Positions 9,283 to 19,167 of a DNA stretch of 25,511 nt are shown here, one piece after another (position 1 is the first letter of the stretch; every line of letters starts with the position of its first letter). The notes beneath the pieces were generated by a model. The model was not told the DNA's origin. It did no database searches and was given only the letters and a program-made list of their open reading frames with translations. Location: assembly GCA_044342325.1 (NCBI GenBank), contig JBIIPZ010000038.1:1-25511 (forward strand). The letters are read 5' to 3'. Position numbers and translations under genes: made by a program. The DNA comes from Terrimicrobiaceae bacterium. GTDB taxonomy: Bacteria > Verrucomicrobiota > Verrucomicrobiia > Chthoniobacterales > Terrimicrobiaceae.

Positions 9283-9819
9283 TCAGGATTTTTTCCCAAT
9301 GGCAAAGCCGAGCATCAGCATGGCCACGCCACTGAAGATCGACTGGATACCATAGAGCACGCCGATGACCCATTCCGAATCAAGCGGCCAGCGGGCGTAG
9401 ATCATCCCTCCAAGAACTAATGCGACCACGCCATTCAGAAAGAGCCAAATCCAAGCTGAGTTCGCGCGAAGGCGAAAAGAAGTGCCTATGCAGACAAGGC
9501 CTTCAGCAAAAAAAACTGCTCCGAGAATGAGCGTAAGCGTCTCCATGCCCGACTGCGTAAAAACGAAAAGCGCGCAACCAGCCGCAAGGCGAATTACAGC
9601 CGACAATGCGGTAAGAATGCGGTGCGGCACATCTTTTGCAAAGAGGGATTGAAAAAATCCAATAAAGCCGCTTACCAGACAGAGCGCGCCGATGAAGGCG
9701 GTAATGACATACGAGAACAATGCTGGCGCACTGATGGCAAAGAATCCGACAAGGATGGAAAGGATGCCTCCGAGGATCATCCAAGTCTTGCCGGGTGATT
9801 GAGTAGTGGTGGTATTCAT
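9283..9819 (-). CDS. HdeD/DUF308 family membrane protein
   Basis: 178 aa with about six TM helices and the typical C-terminal pattern WPLDSEWVIGVLYGIQSIFSG. Confidence 0.85.
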   Translation of the reverse strand: MNTTTTQSPGKTWMILGGILSILVGFFAISAPALFSYVITAFIGALCLVSGFIGFFQSLFAKDVPHRILTALSAVIRLAAGCALFVFTQSGMETLTLILGAVFFAEGLVCIGTSFRLRANSAWIWLFLNGVVALVLGGMIYARWPLDSEWVIGVLYGIQSIFSGVAMLMLGFAIGKKS

Positions 9820-9825
9820 AGATGT

Positions 9826-11973
9826 TTACTCACCATAAACGCCCTTGGCACCATAGGAACCGTAGTATTTACCCGAATAGTAGTAGGCATAATATCCCCC
9901 ACGCCCACTCGGCAGGAAGTTCAGGATCAAGCCTGCGGGTTGGGTTTTTATTTCTTCGAGGGACTTGATGGCGCGGGCCACCATCTTACGCGGCGTGCCA
10001 AAAGCGCGGACAACCAGCGTGCAGAGGTCAACATGCGGAGCGACGAGCAAAGTGTCGCTCACCGCGAGGAGTGGTGCGGAGTCAACGACAACGCGGTCAT
10101 ATTTTGAAAGGGCCTCACTCATGACGCGCTCTAGATTTTCGAAGGTCAGCAACTCCGAGGGGTTCGGCGCGCGACCACCGGCTGTGAGAACACTGAGGCC
10201 ATCGATATGCGACGACATGATTGCATTTTTCATCGTGCAGGAACGCATGAGCAACTCGGAGAGGCCAGGCTTGCGGTTCTCGCCGTAGAACACAATCGAG
10301 CCACCCGGCTTGCGAAGGTCGGCGTCGATGAAGAGCGTGTTGAATCCCTGCTGCGCAAGCGTCACAGCAAAATTGGAGCTACAGAATGTTTTGCCCTCAC
10401 TTGGCATGGAGCTGGTGAAAAGAAAGGTGCGTGCGTTTTCGTTGAGACGGTGCATCGTGAGCGACGCTCGAAGCGATCGAAACGACTCTGCCACAATGCC
10501 GGAGCGCTCTTCGTTGGTTACCAGAACACTGGCTCGAGTCGAAAGACTCAGCTTGGGAATGGCAGCAATGACATTCACACCGGTGAACTGCTCCACCTGA
10601 TCGACCGTCTTGATGCTCGTATCCAACATGAAAAGCGCGATGGCGAGGCCGATACCGGCAGCCAGACCACCCAAGAGACTCTGCATCCAAGTTTTCGTTG
10701 CGCTGGGCCGAATAGGCGCTGCGCCTACGGCTGGCTCATGAATACGCACAGGGGACTCCGTGAGCTGCTTGGTAATGTCCACTTCCTTCAATCGCGAAAG
10801 AACCGAGTTATAAAGCGCCTGATCGGTCTCCTGCTCGCGCTTGATGTCATTATACTCGATAGATTTGGAAGTGACCTCCAGAAGTCGTCCCTCAGCTTTC
10901 TCGCGAGCGATTTTTGTTTCATTTGCCTGGACTTCGAGTCGGTTGCGGGCCGTTTCAAGAAGATTGACGGCATCATTGAGAACGCGACGCAGGTCGGCCT
11001 TTGTGAGGTCGATCTGGGTTTTGACGGAGATGTAAGCGGGGTGCTTTGCACGATAGCGCTGGGAGAGGAGGGTCAACTCGCGCTGGCGGGCGTTCAGGGA
11101 CTCTGAATATTGGGCAACCTTCGGCTCGGCAGCGACACTTGGAAGGAAGAGCAACTCTTCGACCGCACCTTTATTAGCCCTCACGACAGCCAAGTCACTG
11201 TCAATCTGCTGAATGCGTTTCTGAATTTCAGCCTGAACATTCGAAATTTCGGAGACCTGGGCCTGAGCCGAGCTGAGCATGGTTTCGATCGAAGCGGCGC
11301 GCTCCCGCTCGCGGAAGCTCTGCATGGCCTCCTCGGATACGCGCATTTTTTTTCTGAGACGGTCTGCCTCCTCGAGAAGGAACTGCGTGGCCGATTTGGA
11401 GGCGTCCGAACGCCTCTCGAAAACATAGCGGATATACTCGTCGCAGTAGGCGTTCGCGAGCTTCACCGAAAGATTCGGGTCTGCAGAGGTGATCATCAAA
11501 TCGATGAGACGGGTATTGGTGCGATAAACCGCCGCCGACATGGAACTCAATGCCGCCGCTACACGGTCAGGCGATGCGTCGCGGGCTGAAATTCCTGCAG
11601 CTGCGAGAAAGCGGGGGTCCTGATCGAGCTTCAACCGCGCGGAAACACGCTGCGCGAAGGGGTAACTGCGAAGCAGGTCAACCACCGTATTGATCATGTC
11701 GATACTACGAATCTGCTCATCACGCACCTGCTCCATTTTGGAATCAAGAATGCGGGCCTTGTCTTGCTCGATGAAAAGCACCGCACGAGCACGGTATTTT
11801 GTTTCGACTTTGGAAAGATTGACTCCCGCATAGATGCCTCCCAGCACAACACAGAGAATGACGATCCAAAGCCTGTCTACAACGGCATGAAAATACTCGC
11901 GCCAATCAATAGCCTCCTGAATCGGAGCGGGACTGGGAGTGTGTGGTGTTTTGGTGTCTATTTCCTTGCTCAT
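9826..11973 (-). CDS. Polysaccharide co-polymerase / BY tyrosine autokinase (Wzc/GumC-like)
   Basis: Two TM helices flank a periplasmic coiled-coil. The kinase domain has Walker A SSMPSEGKT, A' IDADLRKP and B VVVDSAP, and a Tyr-rich tail GGYYAYYYSGKYYGSYGAKGVYGE. Confidence 0.93.
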   Translation of the reverse strand: MSKEIDTKTPHTPSPAPIQEAIDWREYFHAVVDRLWIVILCVVLGGIYAGVNLSKVETKYRARAVLFIEQDKARILDSKMEQVRDEQIRSIDMINTVVDLLRSYPFAQRVSARLKLDQDPRFLAAAGISARDASPDRVAAALSSMSAAVYRTNTRLIDLMITSADPNLSVKLANAYCDEYIRYVFERRSDASKSATQFLLEEADRLRKKMRVSEEAMQSFRERERAASIETMLSSAQAQVSEISNVQAEIQKRIQQIDSDLAVVRANKGAVEELLFLPSVAAEPKVAQYSESLNARQRELTLLSQRYRAKHPAYISVKTQIDLTKADLRRVLNDAVNLLETARNRLEVQANETKIAREKAEGRLLEVTSKSIEYNDIKREQETDQALYNSVLSRLKEVDITKQLTESPVRIHEPAVGAAPIRPSATKTWMQSLLGGLAAGIGLAIALFMLDTSIKTVDQVEQFTGVNVIAAIPKLSLSTRASVLVTNEERSGIVAESFRSLRASLTMHRLNENARTFLFTSSMPSEGKTFCSSNFAVTLAQQGFNTLFIDADLRKPGGSIVFYGENRKPGLSELLMRSCTMKNAIMSSHIDGLSVLTAGGRAPNPSELLTFENLERVMSEALSKYDRVVVDSAPLLAVSDTLLVAPHVDLCTLVVRAFGTPRKMVARAIKSLEEIKTQPAGLILNFLPSGRGGYYAYYYSGKYYGSYGAKGVYGE

Positions 11974-12006
11974 CCGAAATAATTTTCCAGTTCGTGCTGC
12001 GTGGGG

Positions 12007-12747
12007 TTAATACCAACTCTCGCCGACTGTTAAAATGTCGCCGGGTAAAACTTGAAAACTACCGCCCTCCGGCGACTCCAGGCGCTTGGTGTTGACTTTA
12101 ATGGTCTCCACTTTCTCGCCGGTGCGGCGTTTCACGACGACATTTTTTGTATCGGCGATTCGAGTGAAACCTCCTGCCATGCCGATGGCCTCTAAAATAC
12201 CGAGTGATTCGTTGCCTTGAAGTTCGTAACTACCAGGCCGTGAGACTTGACCGATCACAGTGATCTTTCGCTGGGTGTAGGAGGCAATGTTTAGATAAAT
12301 CTGCGGGTCAACGAGATAATCGGCATCGTAGAGTTTCCGTATATGCTCCTGTGCATCACGCACACTCATTCCAGCGACCTTGACCTCGCCGAGGAGCGGC
12401 AACTGCACCCGACCATCCCGGGCAATTTTCGACCTCATTCCCAGATCGGGTTCGCGATACACCATGAGATCCAAGGTATCGCCAGAGGCCAAAATATAGT
12501 CACCCTCGCCTGCCATGAGAGAGGGAATAGGAGCGTCCACGCCCATCGCGCGATCGGAGCCAACTGCTCGGGGAGCAGATGCGGGAGATTCCTGCCGGAA
12601 CGCAGCGGGAGTAGCTGAAGTCGGATCGGATTGGGTTTGAGGCGCCGGAAGAACAGGCGGGGCTGCCAGAACAACCTGACTCATCGTTAGTCCCGCGATT
12701 GCGGAAACAACCAAAGAACGCGGCCGAAGGGAGAAAGATGCTAACAT
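12007..12747 (-). CDS. Short polysaccharide export (OPX/Wza-family) protein: Poly_export + one SLBB domain
   Basis: Motifs YILASGDTL, DGRVQLPLLGEVKVAG, YLVDPQI, GQVSRPG, EAIGMAGGF and PGDILTV; ends ESWY. The signal peptide has no lipobox Cys. Confidence 0.9.
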   Translation of the reverse strand: MLASFSLRPRSLVVSAIAGLTMSQVVLAAPPVLPAPQTQSDPTSATPAAFRQESPASAPRAVGSDRAMGVDAPIPSLMAGEGDYILASGDTLDLMVYREPDLGMRSKIARDGRVQLPLLGEVKVAGMSVRDAQEHIRKLYDADYLVDPQIYLNIASYTQRKITVIGQVSRPGSYELQGNESLGILEAIGMAGGFTRIADTKNVVVKRRTGEKVETIKVNTKRLESPEGGSFQVLPGDILTVGESWY

Positions 12748-12773
12748 TCGAAAGAGAAACTAAACGACAGAGA

Positions 12774-14375
12774 TCAGAAGGTCAAATTCAAGCTGGTATT
12801 GAATGTCGTCTGCATTTGGTCACTGGTTCCTTGGCCGCTGGAAAGCTGGAATGTATTCTGCCAGCCGATCCAGTCGCGGAGACGCCAGTAGAGAGAGGCA
12901 TTCGTTAGCCAGTATGAAGCTGGACCTTCCACTGGATTATTCAATTTTTCGCTCGTGAGGCTGACATATTCCGATTGCTCGTAACCTGCCGAGAGAGAGA
13001 GGCTGATTCCTTTGATCAACCGCTGCGCGACTGTGCCTAGGATACCTCGTGTGATGTTATACTGGTCAGGCGACAGGCTGGAGAAGCCTTGGTTCTGATA
13101 AACAGACAGAGAAAGCCTCGTCTTCTCCCGCATATCCCAGCCAGCCACGAGACTGAAATTCGGTTTTACATCAGCACCCTGCATTCCGAATTTAGCTTTA
13201 AGGTAAGTCTTCTCGGTAGGGGTGTAGTTGATTCCCAAATTATAAACTGGCCTCAATCCGGTATACTCGGGATCTGGGATATTTTGATCCAACACATAAC
13301 CTGCACCTCCACCAGCATCGACCGATAGTTTGGGAGCGATTTGATAAGTCAGCATAATCATCGCGTCAAAAAAACGGCGCCCCTCCGAAACGCCTCCCTC
13401 AAAATCCTGCAAATCTTGCCCCGCACTCAAAACAAAGCGCAGGTTGGTTTTGGGAGTCACCATATAGTCGGTAAAAAAACTCGCACCGGCACTCAGGCTA
13501 TTGCTGTTCGGTTGGGCCGTCTCGCCAGGCGCCACCTGCGCATCAGCGGTGTTCGAATATGTCCCAGAGATCGCACCGCCTGTGCTGAGTTCATCGCTGA
13601 TGATATACCGAATCGACAAACCGCCGGATGTTGTCGTCTGCCAGTTGTTCGCTCCGGCGACGGGGTCATAGCCCGTTCCGGAGGACGCACTGGCATTGAG
13701 ATTCATGGAGAGCCGACTCGTATTGTAACCGAGGTCGATACCGCCTGTCATCGAGAGAGGGTTTCTCTGGTTGTCGGTTCCAGCAGCCGTGTATTCGGGG
13801 TTGTAATAATAGCGATAGCCGGCCCCATAGCGGGCCGAGACATTCCAGACACCGACCTCGCGTTCATAAAGAATCCCAAGCGTGGGAGCGGAGAAGAAAC
13901 TGTTTGAATTATTAAAATCCGTGCCGCCTCCAAAAGAATTCTGCGAGGAATATTCCCAGCCATTCGACAGGCCCAACTGAAAATCCAGCGGACCAAATCG
14001 CAGACCGCTTTGAATTTTTTCCGCCATGTTATCGAGAGACTCCTCGAATCCAGGTTCCGCCTCCGCTAATTCGTCTTTTTTCGATTTCGCAGACTCATCG
14101 TCCAATCCCCCACCCGGTTCAAAATACTGGGGAGTGGACACCCGATCCTCTTGCGGCCCGGACCAACGATTCCGGAACTCGGCCTCGCGAAGGGTAAGCA
14201 CACTTTGCTGAGCCGATGCGGGGTCTACTGACAAAAGGGCAAAGCAGGCCGCTAAAAAATGGAGGATTCCCCGACAGGAACCTACAACAGATCGCCTTGA
14301 TCTGTTTGATTGAAGAAAAACTATTCCATGGGGGTGCACGAGCAGGCTTGATAACACCCGAGTGCGTTTTGTCAA
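12774..14375 (-). CDS. Outer-membrane beta-barrel protein associated with polysaccharide export (BBP2/EpsL-like); true start may be further downstream
   Basis: Signal peptide ending ASA-QQ, many amphipathic beta-strands rich in Gly/Tyr/Ser, and a C-terminal beta-signal SLNLTF. Immediately upstream of the OPX and Wzc genes. Confidence 0.75.
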   Translation of the reverse strand: MTKRTRVLSSLLVHPHGIVFLQSNRSRRSVVGSCRGILHFLAACFALLSVDPASAQQSVLTLREAEFRNRWSGPQEDRVSTPQYFEPGGGLDDESAKSKKDELAEAEPGFEESLDNMAEKIQSGLRFGPLDFQLGLSNGWEYSSQNSFGGGTDFNNSNSFFSAPTLGILYEREVGVWNVSARYGAGYRYYYNPEYTAAGTDNQRNPLSMTGGIDLGYNTSRLSMNLNASASSGTGYDPVAGANNWQTTTSGGLSIRYIISDELSTGGAISGTYSNTADAQVAPGETAQPNSNSLSAGASFFTDYMVTPKTNLRFVLSAGQDLQDFEGGVSEGRRFFDAMIMLTYQIAPKLSVDAGGGAGYVLDQNIPDPEYTGLRPVYNLGINYTPTEKTYLKAKFGMQGADVKPNFSLVAGWDMREKTRLSLSVYQNQGFSSLSPDQYNITRGILGTVAQRLIKGISLSLSAGYEQSEYVSLTSEKLNNPVEGPASYWLTNASLYWRLRDWIGWQNTFQLSSGQGTSDQMQTTFNTSLNLTF

Positions 14376-14439
14376 ATCACAAAAAGATGGCGTTATACCA
14401 TGGTGTAATTTGAGACACTTCAGACAAAATCAAACGAAG

Positions 14440-14515
<76 letters not shown>

Positions 14516-14528
14516 AGAGTGGAGGAGT

Positions 14529-14557
14529 CTTCTACGACGAGTAGGAAGGGACGTCAA
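14529..14557 (-). promoter_or_regulatory. Sigma70-type promoter of tRNA-Gly
   Basis: Minus strand TTGACG-17 nt-TAGAAG, with an AT tract upstream (UP-like), 13 nt before the tRNA. Confidence 0.6.
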
Positions 14558-14595
14558 CGATTTTTTTAAAAAAACAGGACGCAACCCCGATTAGC

Positions 14596-15348
14596 TCAGG
14601 CCGCCGGAATCACGGGCGTGATTCCATCCTGAAGAAACCATCCGCGCTGGCCACCTGGGAGTTCGACATGGAACCAGCGCCCACGGGCGGAGAGAATTTT
14701 GACAGTGGAACCTTGGTTGAGTGTGGTGATTTTTTCAGAGGCATCCTCAGAAGGCACTTTGTAAAGGGAAACGCCGGTGAGGCTCGTCACCATAGCCTGC
14801 CGAGCTTCTACAATCCGTGGATCGGTGAGTGCAGCGAGTAGGCAAAAAGCCAGTCCGCCTAGGAGCAGCGCGGCGGCAGCGGAAAAAAGTAAAGCGCGCT
14901 TTTTTGAAAGTGCGAAAGCAGCAAGCAGAAGAAAGGCCCCAATCCAGAAAGTGACGGCGCCAATGAACACCGACGCATCAGAGGGTATTTTTTCAGCCCA
15001 GCGCGCCTGCCAACCGGAGGCCGATGGAGAAACCCCAAGCCGGGCATTGGCCTCTCGAAGGGCTTCAGCAGCGGGAGCAAAGCGGGGATCGAGAAGAAGA
15101 GAGCGCCGATAAGCCAAGGCCGCCTCGGCTTCCTTCTCGGATTTCTGAAGAGCCTGACCGAGCTCGTAGTATGCAGCTGAGGATGGCGGTGCAGACAAAA
15201 GGTGTTTTTCAAAATATGTGGCGGCGGACTCGTATTCTCCATGCGCGAGGCGGTCACGAGCCTGCTGAAGATCATCTCCCCGCATGGGTAGAACTGTGCA
15301 GGCAAGACAAAGAAGAGCAAAGAAGGCTATGGAACTTGAATTTCTCAT
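14596..15348 (-). CDS. batE: BatE-like TPR + SH3 domain protein
   Basis: Signal peptide, TPR (AYYELG...ALAYRRSLLLDP), two TM helices and a C-terminal SH3b-like GSTVKILSARGRWFHVELPGGQRGW. Last gene of the bat cluster. Confidence 0.75.
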   Translation of the reverse strand: MRNSSSIAFFALLCLACTVLPMRGDDLQQARDRLAHGEYESAATYFEKHLLSAPPSSAAYYELGQALQKSEKEAEAALAYRRSLLLDPRFAPAAEALREANARLGVSPSASGWQARWAEKIPSDASVFIGAVTFWIGAFLLLAAFALSKKRALLFSAAAALLLGGLAFCLLAALTDPRIVEARQAMVTSLTGVSLYKVPSEDASEKITTLNQGSTVKILSARGRWFHVELPGGQRGWFLQDGITPVIPAA

Positions 15349-17138
15349 GCGGGGATTTTTTTCAGTGCCGAAAGAATTTTTGCCCGGGTGTCACGATCCG
15401 GAGCCTTGGTTCCGCCAACGGAGTATTTTAACTCTTCGTCGCGGGAGAGAAGGTTCGCCAGTTGGGCCTTGGTTTGGTCATCCACCGCCAGACCGACCAC
15501 AAGAGCACCGGCCTCGAGCGGATTGGACTCCGTGTCGAGCGCCGTGAGAAGGCAAGCCACAGCGCGGGAGGTGAATTCATTTTCCGGGCAGGATTCCAAG
15601 CGGGCAAGGTCGGCCTTGAGCCTTTGGATTTTTTTCCGTCGGAGGCCTGCAGGAGAAGCGGCCTGACGCCGGAACACGATCACCAAGAGTGCAAGAATCC
15701 AAATCACGCCGAGGGCGGCATTCGCCATCAAGAAAGCGGGGTGGACGAGAATCGAAGTCCAACTTGAAGCGCCACCCGCCTTGCCTGCCGGAGCAGGGTT
15801 CGGAGTTGAAGCAGATTCTGGCGCGTCGGTTTTTTTCTGGTCTGGCGCAGCCTCTGTGGTTTGCGCAGCAGGTTGGCCTGCACGTGCCTGCACCGGGAGC
15901 GGATTCTGCGTGAGAATTTCGTATTTGCCAGTATCGGGGTCGAGGTAGCTGAACCTGATGCCGGGCGTCTGCTGCTGGTCTGTGCGTGCCACGAGGAGAA
16001 ACTCATAGGCTTTCTCGCCTGAATAGCTGATGGAGTCCGATGGCTGGAACTTCTCGCTCGGGGGGTAGGAGCGCCATTCCTCATCGCCGACAAGAACCGG
16101 TGCGCCCATAGCCTCGAAATTCCCCTGTCCTGAAATGACAACTCGCAGGGTCACGGGATCTCCAGGGCCCGCTTTTTTGGGACTCACACTCGCCTCCATT
16201 TTGAATTTCCCAATCGCCCCAGAGAAGTCATCTGGGCGCCCCTGCTTGGGCAAAGGAGAGATCTCCAGAGCTGTCGGAGCGGTCTCGATGCCGACCTCCT
16301 GCATGTTCGTGAACATGCCGGGCGGGGCTATGCCGCCAAACTGCCGGAAAAAATCATCAAAGCCAGCCGGGGCGCTGCCTGGAAGCTGTAAACGGGCCTC
16401 GAGCTTCGCGGGCGGAATTTCAAGAGGCCCGGATTTTGCGGGTGTGATTGCCGTCTGGAAGGCAAAAACGATGTAGTTCTCGCCGTTCACGATCTGCTCA
16501 CGCTTCGGGACATTGGCGAGTTTTTGGACAGTGAAGCCCTCGCCGACGAGATTCGGGCGGTCGCCGACTTCCCCACCGATCGAGGAATTGAAGTAATAAC
16601 GAAATTCGGCCGGAATAACCTCGCCGACGAAGGCTTTTTTCTTGGAAAGCACGAGTTCGCCGAAATACGGCAATCCGTTACTGCGAGGCACCTGCCCGCC
16701 TGCAGAGGGCATTTGCGGCGAAGGGGCGTTGGGCAAACCTTGCGGTGGCTGCATGGCGGACGCATCAGCGACACTGATTCGAAGGGGATTTGTTTTTAGA
16801 GTCTTGTCTCCCACGCGGACTTCGACGGCAGGGATATCAAACTCACCCGCTTGCTGAGGGAGGACAGAGTAAGTGTAGGTGAGCGACGAGGTGATTTTGA
16901 AATTATTCATCTCGAAGCGCGTGGATCGTCCAAGGAGCTCGATGCGCAGACCGGGCACATTGAGGCTTTGAGGAACTTCAGCGGAGCGCGCGTCGCGAAC
17001 GGTCACCACAATCTCCACCGGGCGGCCAACAACTGTGGCCGGGCTGCTGAGCCCGGCTGTGGCCTCCTGGGCAAAAAGAGAAATGCCGCAAAGGAAAAAA
17101 GCGAATGCGGCGATAAAAATGATGGAAAGCCTGTGCAT
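15345..17138 (-). CDS. batD: BatD family protein
   Basis: Signal peptide, repeated Ig-like beta domains, PDDFSGAIGKF, VISGQGNF, FSYLDPDTGKY and a C-terminal TM. Start set to ATG 17138 (MHRLSIIF), which avoids overlap with the upstream gene. Confidence 0.85.
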   Translation of the reverse strand: MHRLSIIFIAAFAFFLCGISLFAQEATAGLSSPATVVGRPVEIVVTVRDARSAEVPQSLNVPGLRIELLGRSTRFEMNNFKITSSLTYTYSVLPQQAGEFDIPAVEVRVGDKTLKTNPLRISVADASAMQPPQGLPNAPSPQMPSAGGQVPRSNGLPYFGELVLSKKKAFVGEVIPAEFRYYFNSSIGGEVGDRPNLVGEGFTVQKLANVPKREQIVNGENYIVFAFQTAITPAKSGPLEIPPAKLEARLQLPGSAPAGFDDFFRQFGGIAPPGMFTNMQEVGIETAPTALEISPLPKQGRPDDFSGAIGKFKMEASVSPKKAGPGDPVTLRVVISGQGNFEAMGAPVLVGDEEWRSYPPSEKFQPSDSISYSGEKAYEFLLVARTDQQQTPGIRFSYLDPDTGKYEILTQNPLPVQARAGQPAAQTTEAAPDQKKTDAPESASTPNPAPAGKAGGASSWTSILVHPAFLMANAALGVIWILALLVIVFRRQAASPAGLRRKKIQRLKADLARLESCPENEFTSRAVACLLTALDTESNPLEAGALVVGLAVDDQTKAQLANLLSRDEELKYSVGGTKAPDRDTRAKILSALKKIPA

Positions 17139-17148
17139 TGGAAATTTC

Positions 17149-19167
17149 TTACCAGTCGCGGAGGACATCTTGCGAGGATTGCTGTTGTTCGATGAGATTC
17201 ACCTTCTCCTCCTCACCACGCAGAGAGTTGAGAAGCGCGCGAGCCTGACTCGGGCTGATCTGCCCCTCTTTTTCCTCCTCGGCGGCATCTGCTGGCTGGG
17301 GCTGCTGACCGGGTTGAGGAGTAGGCTGAGGTTGTTGCTGTTCGTTTGCGCTCTTGAGCTCGCCTTCCTTCTTCTCACCCGGCGTGGGTGAAGGAGCTGG
17401 GGTGGGCTGGTTTTTTTGGTCAGATGGGTTTGGCTGCTTGGATTGATCGGACTGGTCGGCCGAGTCTTTTTTCTCGGAGTCCTTCTTTTGCTGCTCGTCC
17501 TTCTTTTGTTGATCGTCCTGCTGCTCCTTTGAGTCTTGCTTTTGTTGGTCTTTATTTTCCTCGTTCTTTGAGTCTTTCTGGTCGTTTTTCTGGTCCTGCT
17601 TTTGCTGGTCTTTTTGATCCTGCTGCTGCTTGTCCTGTTTATCTTGCTTGTCCTGTTTTTGGTCTTTTTGGTCTTTTTGATCCTGATTTTTCTGATCCTG
17701 CTGCTTTTGCTGTTGCTCCTGCTTCTCAAGGTCTTCGAGGAGCTTTTTGGTGATGTCGCGATTTTGAGAAGCTAGTTTGTTGTCCGGGTTCAATCGGAGG
17801 GTTTCCTCGTAATGTTCCAGAGCGTTTTTCCAATTCGTCTTCTTGGCCTCGTTTTCCTTGGCGGCCTCGCCTTTTCGCACAAGGGAATTGGCAAGGTTGT
17901 AGGATGCATCCTCGCGCAGCTTTTGGTCCTCCGCGAGGAGGGCATCTGTGAAGTGCGCGATGGCTTTTTCAAAGTCGCCGGTTTTGTAGGCGGCAGCACC
18001 CGAGTTGAATTGGAGAGCCTTGGATGCGGGCTGATTCTTAAGCTGCTCTTGGAAGGCGGTTCCGGCCTTCTCGAAGTCGCCGTTCTTATACTCATCCAAA
18101 CCCGATTGGGCCTGGGCGCAGGGAGCGAAACTTAAGAAAAGGGCCACCATCACGGAAGATCGACGGCGGCGATCACCTGGCAAAAGGGAGAGCGCGAGGC
18201 AGGCCGTGGCTGCAGCAAGAGGCCATTGGTAACGCTCGATCGGTTGCCGGGAGCTGAAGACTCCCGTTTCGCTAAGCTCCATCGGCTCGATCCCTTTTTG
18301 AAAAATCTCCCGGGCAGCATCAGGGCCTATGAGCGTAAAAAAACCTCCCGTGGCTGAAGCGATTTCCTTCAACCGAGAATCGTCGAGTTTGGAGGTGACC
18401 GGCTTGCCTGCGCTGTCTCGAACGAAATCCTGGCGTCCGTCATCAAGCCGGATCGGGATCAAAGAGCCTTCGGGCGACCCGATGCCGACGGTAAAAATAC
18501 GAATCCCCTCACCTGCAGCCTGCTTGGCGGCGGCAATGCCATCCGCTCCAAGTTCCTCGCCATCGGTTAAAATGATCAGCGCGCGGGTTTGTCCCTCGGC
18601 TTTGCCAAACGCCTCGCGGGCCGCGGTGACGGCAGCCGCGATATTGGTGCCACCTTTGGGAATAACTGTCGTATCCAGTTCGTCGAGGGCATTGGTGACC
18701 GCATTGTAATCCAGCGTGAGCGGAGCCTGCAAAAATGCGGAACCGGCGAAGGCGACAAGCCCAATTCGGTCGCCCTGAAGAAGCCTGACCAAATCCTGCG
18801 TGAAAAGTTTCGCGCGGGCGAGGCGGGTGGGCACCATGTCCGTCGCGAGCATGCTGCGCGAAGTGTCGATGGCCACAATCACATCGCGCCCTTTTTGCTT
18901 GGTTTCTTTTTCAATGAATCCGTAGCGAGGCTCTGCGAGCGCCACGATGGCGAACGCGAAGGACGCGACAAGAAGCGAGGCGCGCAAGATACGGCGCAGG
19001 GGGCTCACAGATCCAGACAGTTGCTCGCGAAGGCGCACAGCGACGATTTTTGCAACAAGAGCCTGAGCTCGCTTATGAGACCATAAAAACAGTCCCGCGA
19101 TGAGCGGCAAAACCAGAAGGGCCCAGAGCCAGTGCGGGGCGCCAAATGTCAGGGCAGTCGTCTCCAT
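17149..19167 (-). CDS. VWA + TPR protein (BatB-BatC fusion)
   Basis: N-terminal BatA-type TM, VWA MIDAS (DTSRS, GTNIA, TDGE), then TPRs (YNLANSL), a Q/K/D-rich linker and terminal 'RDW' typical of BatC. Confidence 0.88.
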   Translation of the reverse strand: METTALTFGAPHWLWALLVLPLIAGLFLWSHKRAQALVAKIVAVRLREQLSGSVSPLRRILRASLLVASFAFAIVALAEPRYGFIEKETKQKGRDVIVAIDTSRSMLATDMVPTRLARAKLFTQDLVRLLQGDRIGLVAFAGSAFLQAPLTLDYNAVTNALDELDTTVIPKGGTNIAAAVTAAREAFGKAEGQTRALIILTDGEELGADGIAAAKQAAGEGIRIFTVGIGSPEGSLIPIRLDDGRQDFVRDSAGKPVTSKLDDSRLKEIASATGGFFTLIGPDAAREIFQKGIEPMELSETGVFSSRQPIERYQWPLAAATACLALSLLPGDRRRRSSVMVALFLSFAPCAQAQSGLDEYKNGDFEKAGTAFQEQLKNQPASKALQFNSGAAAYKTGDFEKAIAHFTDALLAEDQKLREDASYNLANSLVRKGEAAKENEAKKTNWKNALEHYEETLRLNPDNKLASQNRDITKKLLEDLEKQEQQQKQQDQKNQDQKDQKDQKQDKQDKQDKQQQDQKDQQKQDQKNDQKDSKNEENKDQQKQDSKEQQDDQQKKDEQQKKDSEKKDSADQSDQSKQPNPSDQKNQPTPAPSPTPGEKKEGELKSANEQQQPQPTPQPGQQPQPADAAEEEKEGQISPSQARALLNSLRGEEEKVNLIEQQQSSQDVLRDW
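17290..17727 (-). repeat. Low-complexity coding repeat (QDQK/QDK units, then P/Q-rich) in the BatB/C linker
   Basis: Protein QQQKQQDQKNQDQKDQKQDKQDKQDKQQQDQKDQQKQDQKNDQKD...; degenerate 9-12 nt tandem units in the DNA. Confidence 0.85.

Noticed and set aside
17460..17727. Repeat tract as a CRISPR array or non-coding repeat
   Set aside because: The units are short, degenerate, in-frame coding repeats with no repeat-spacer structure and no cas genes.
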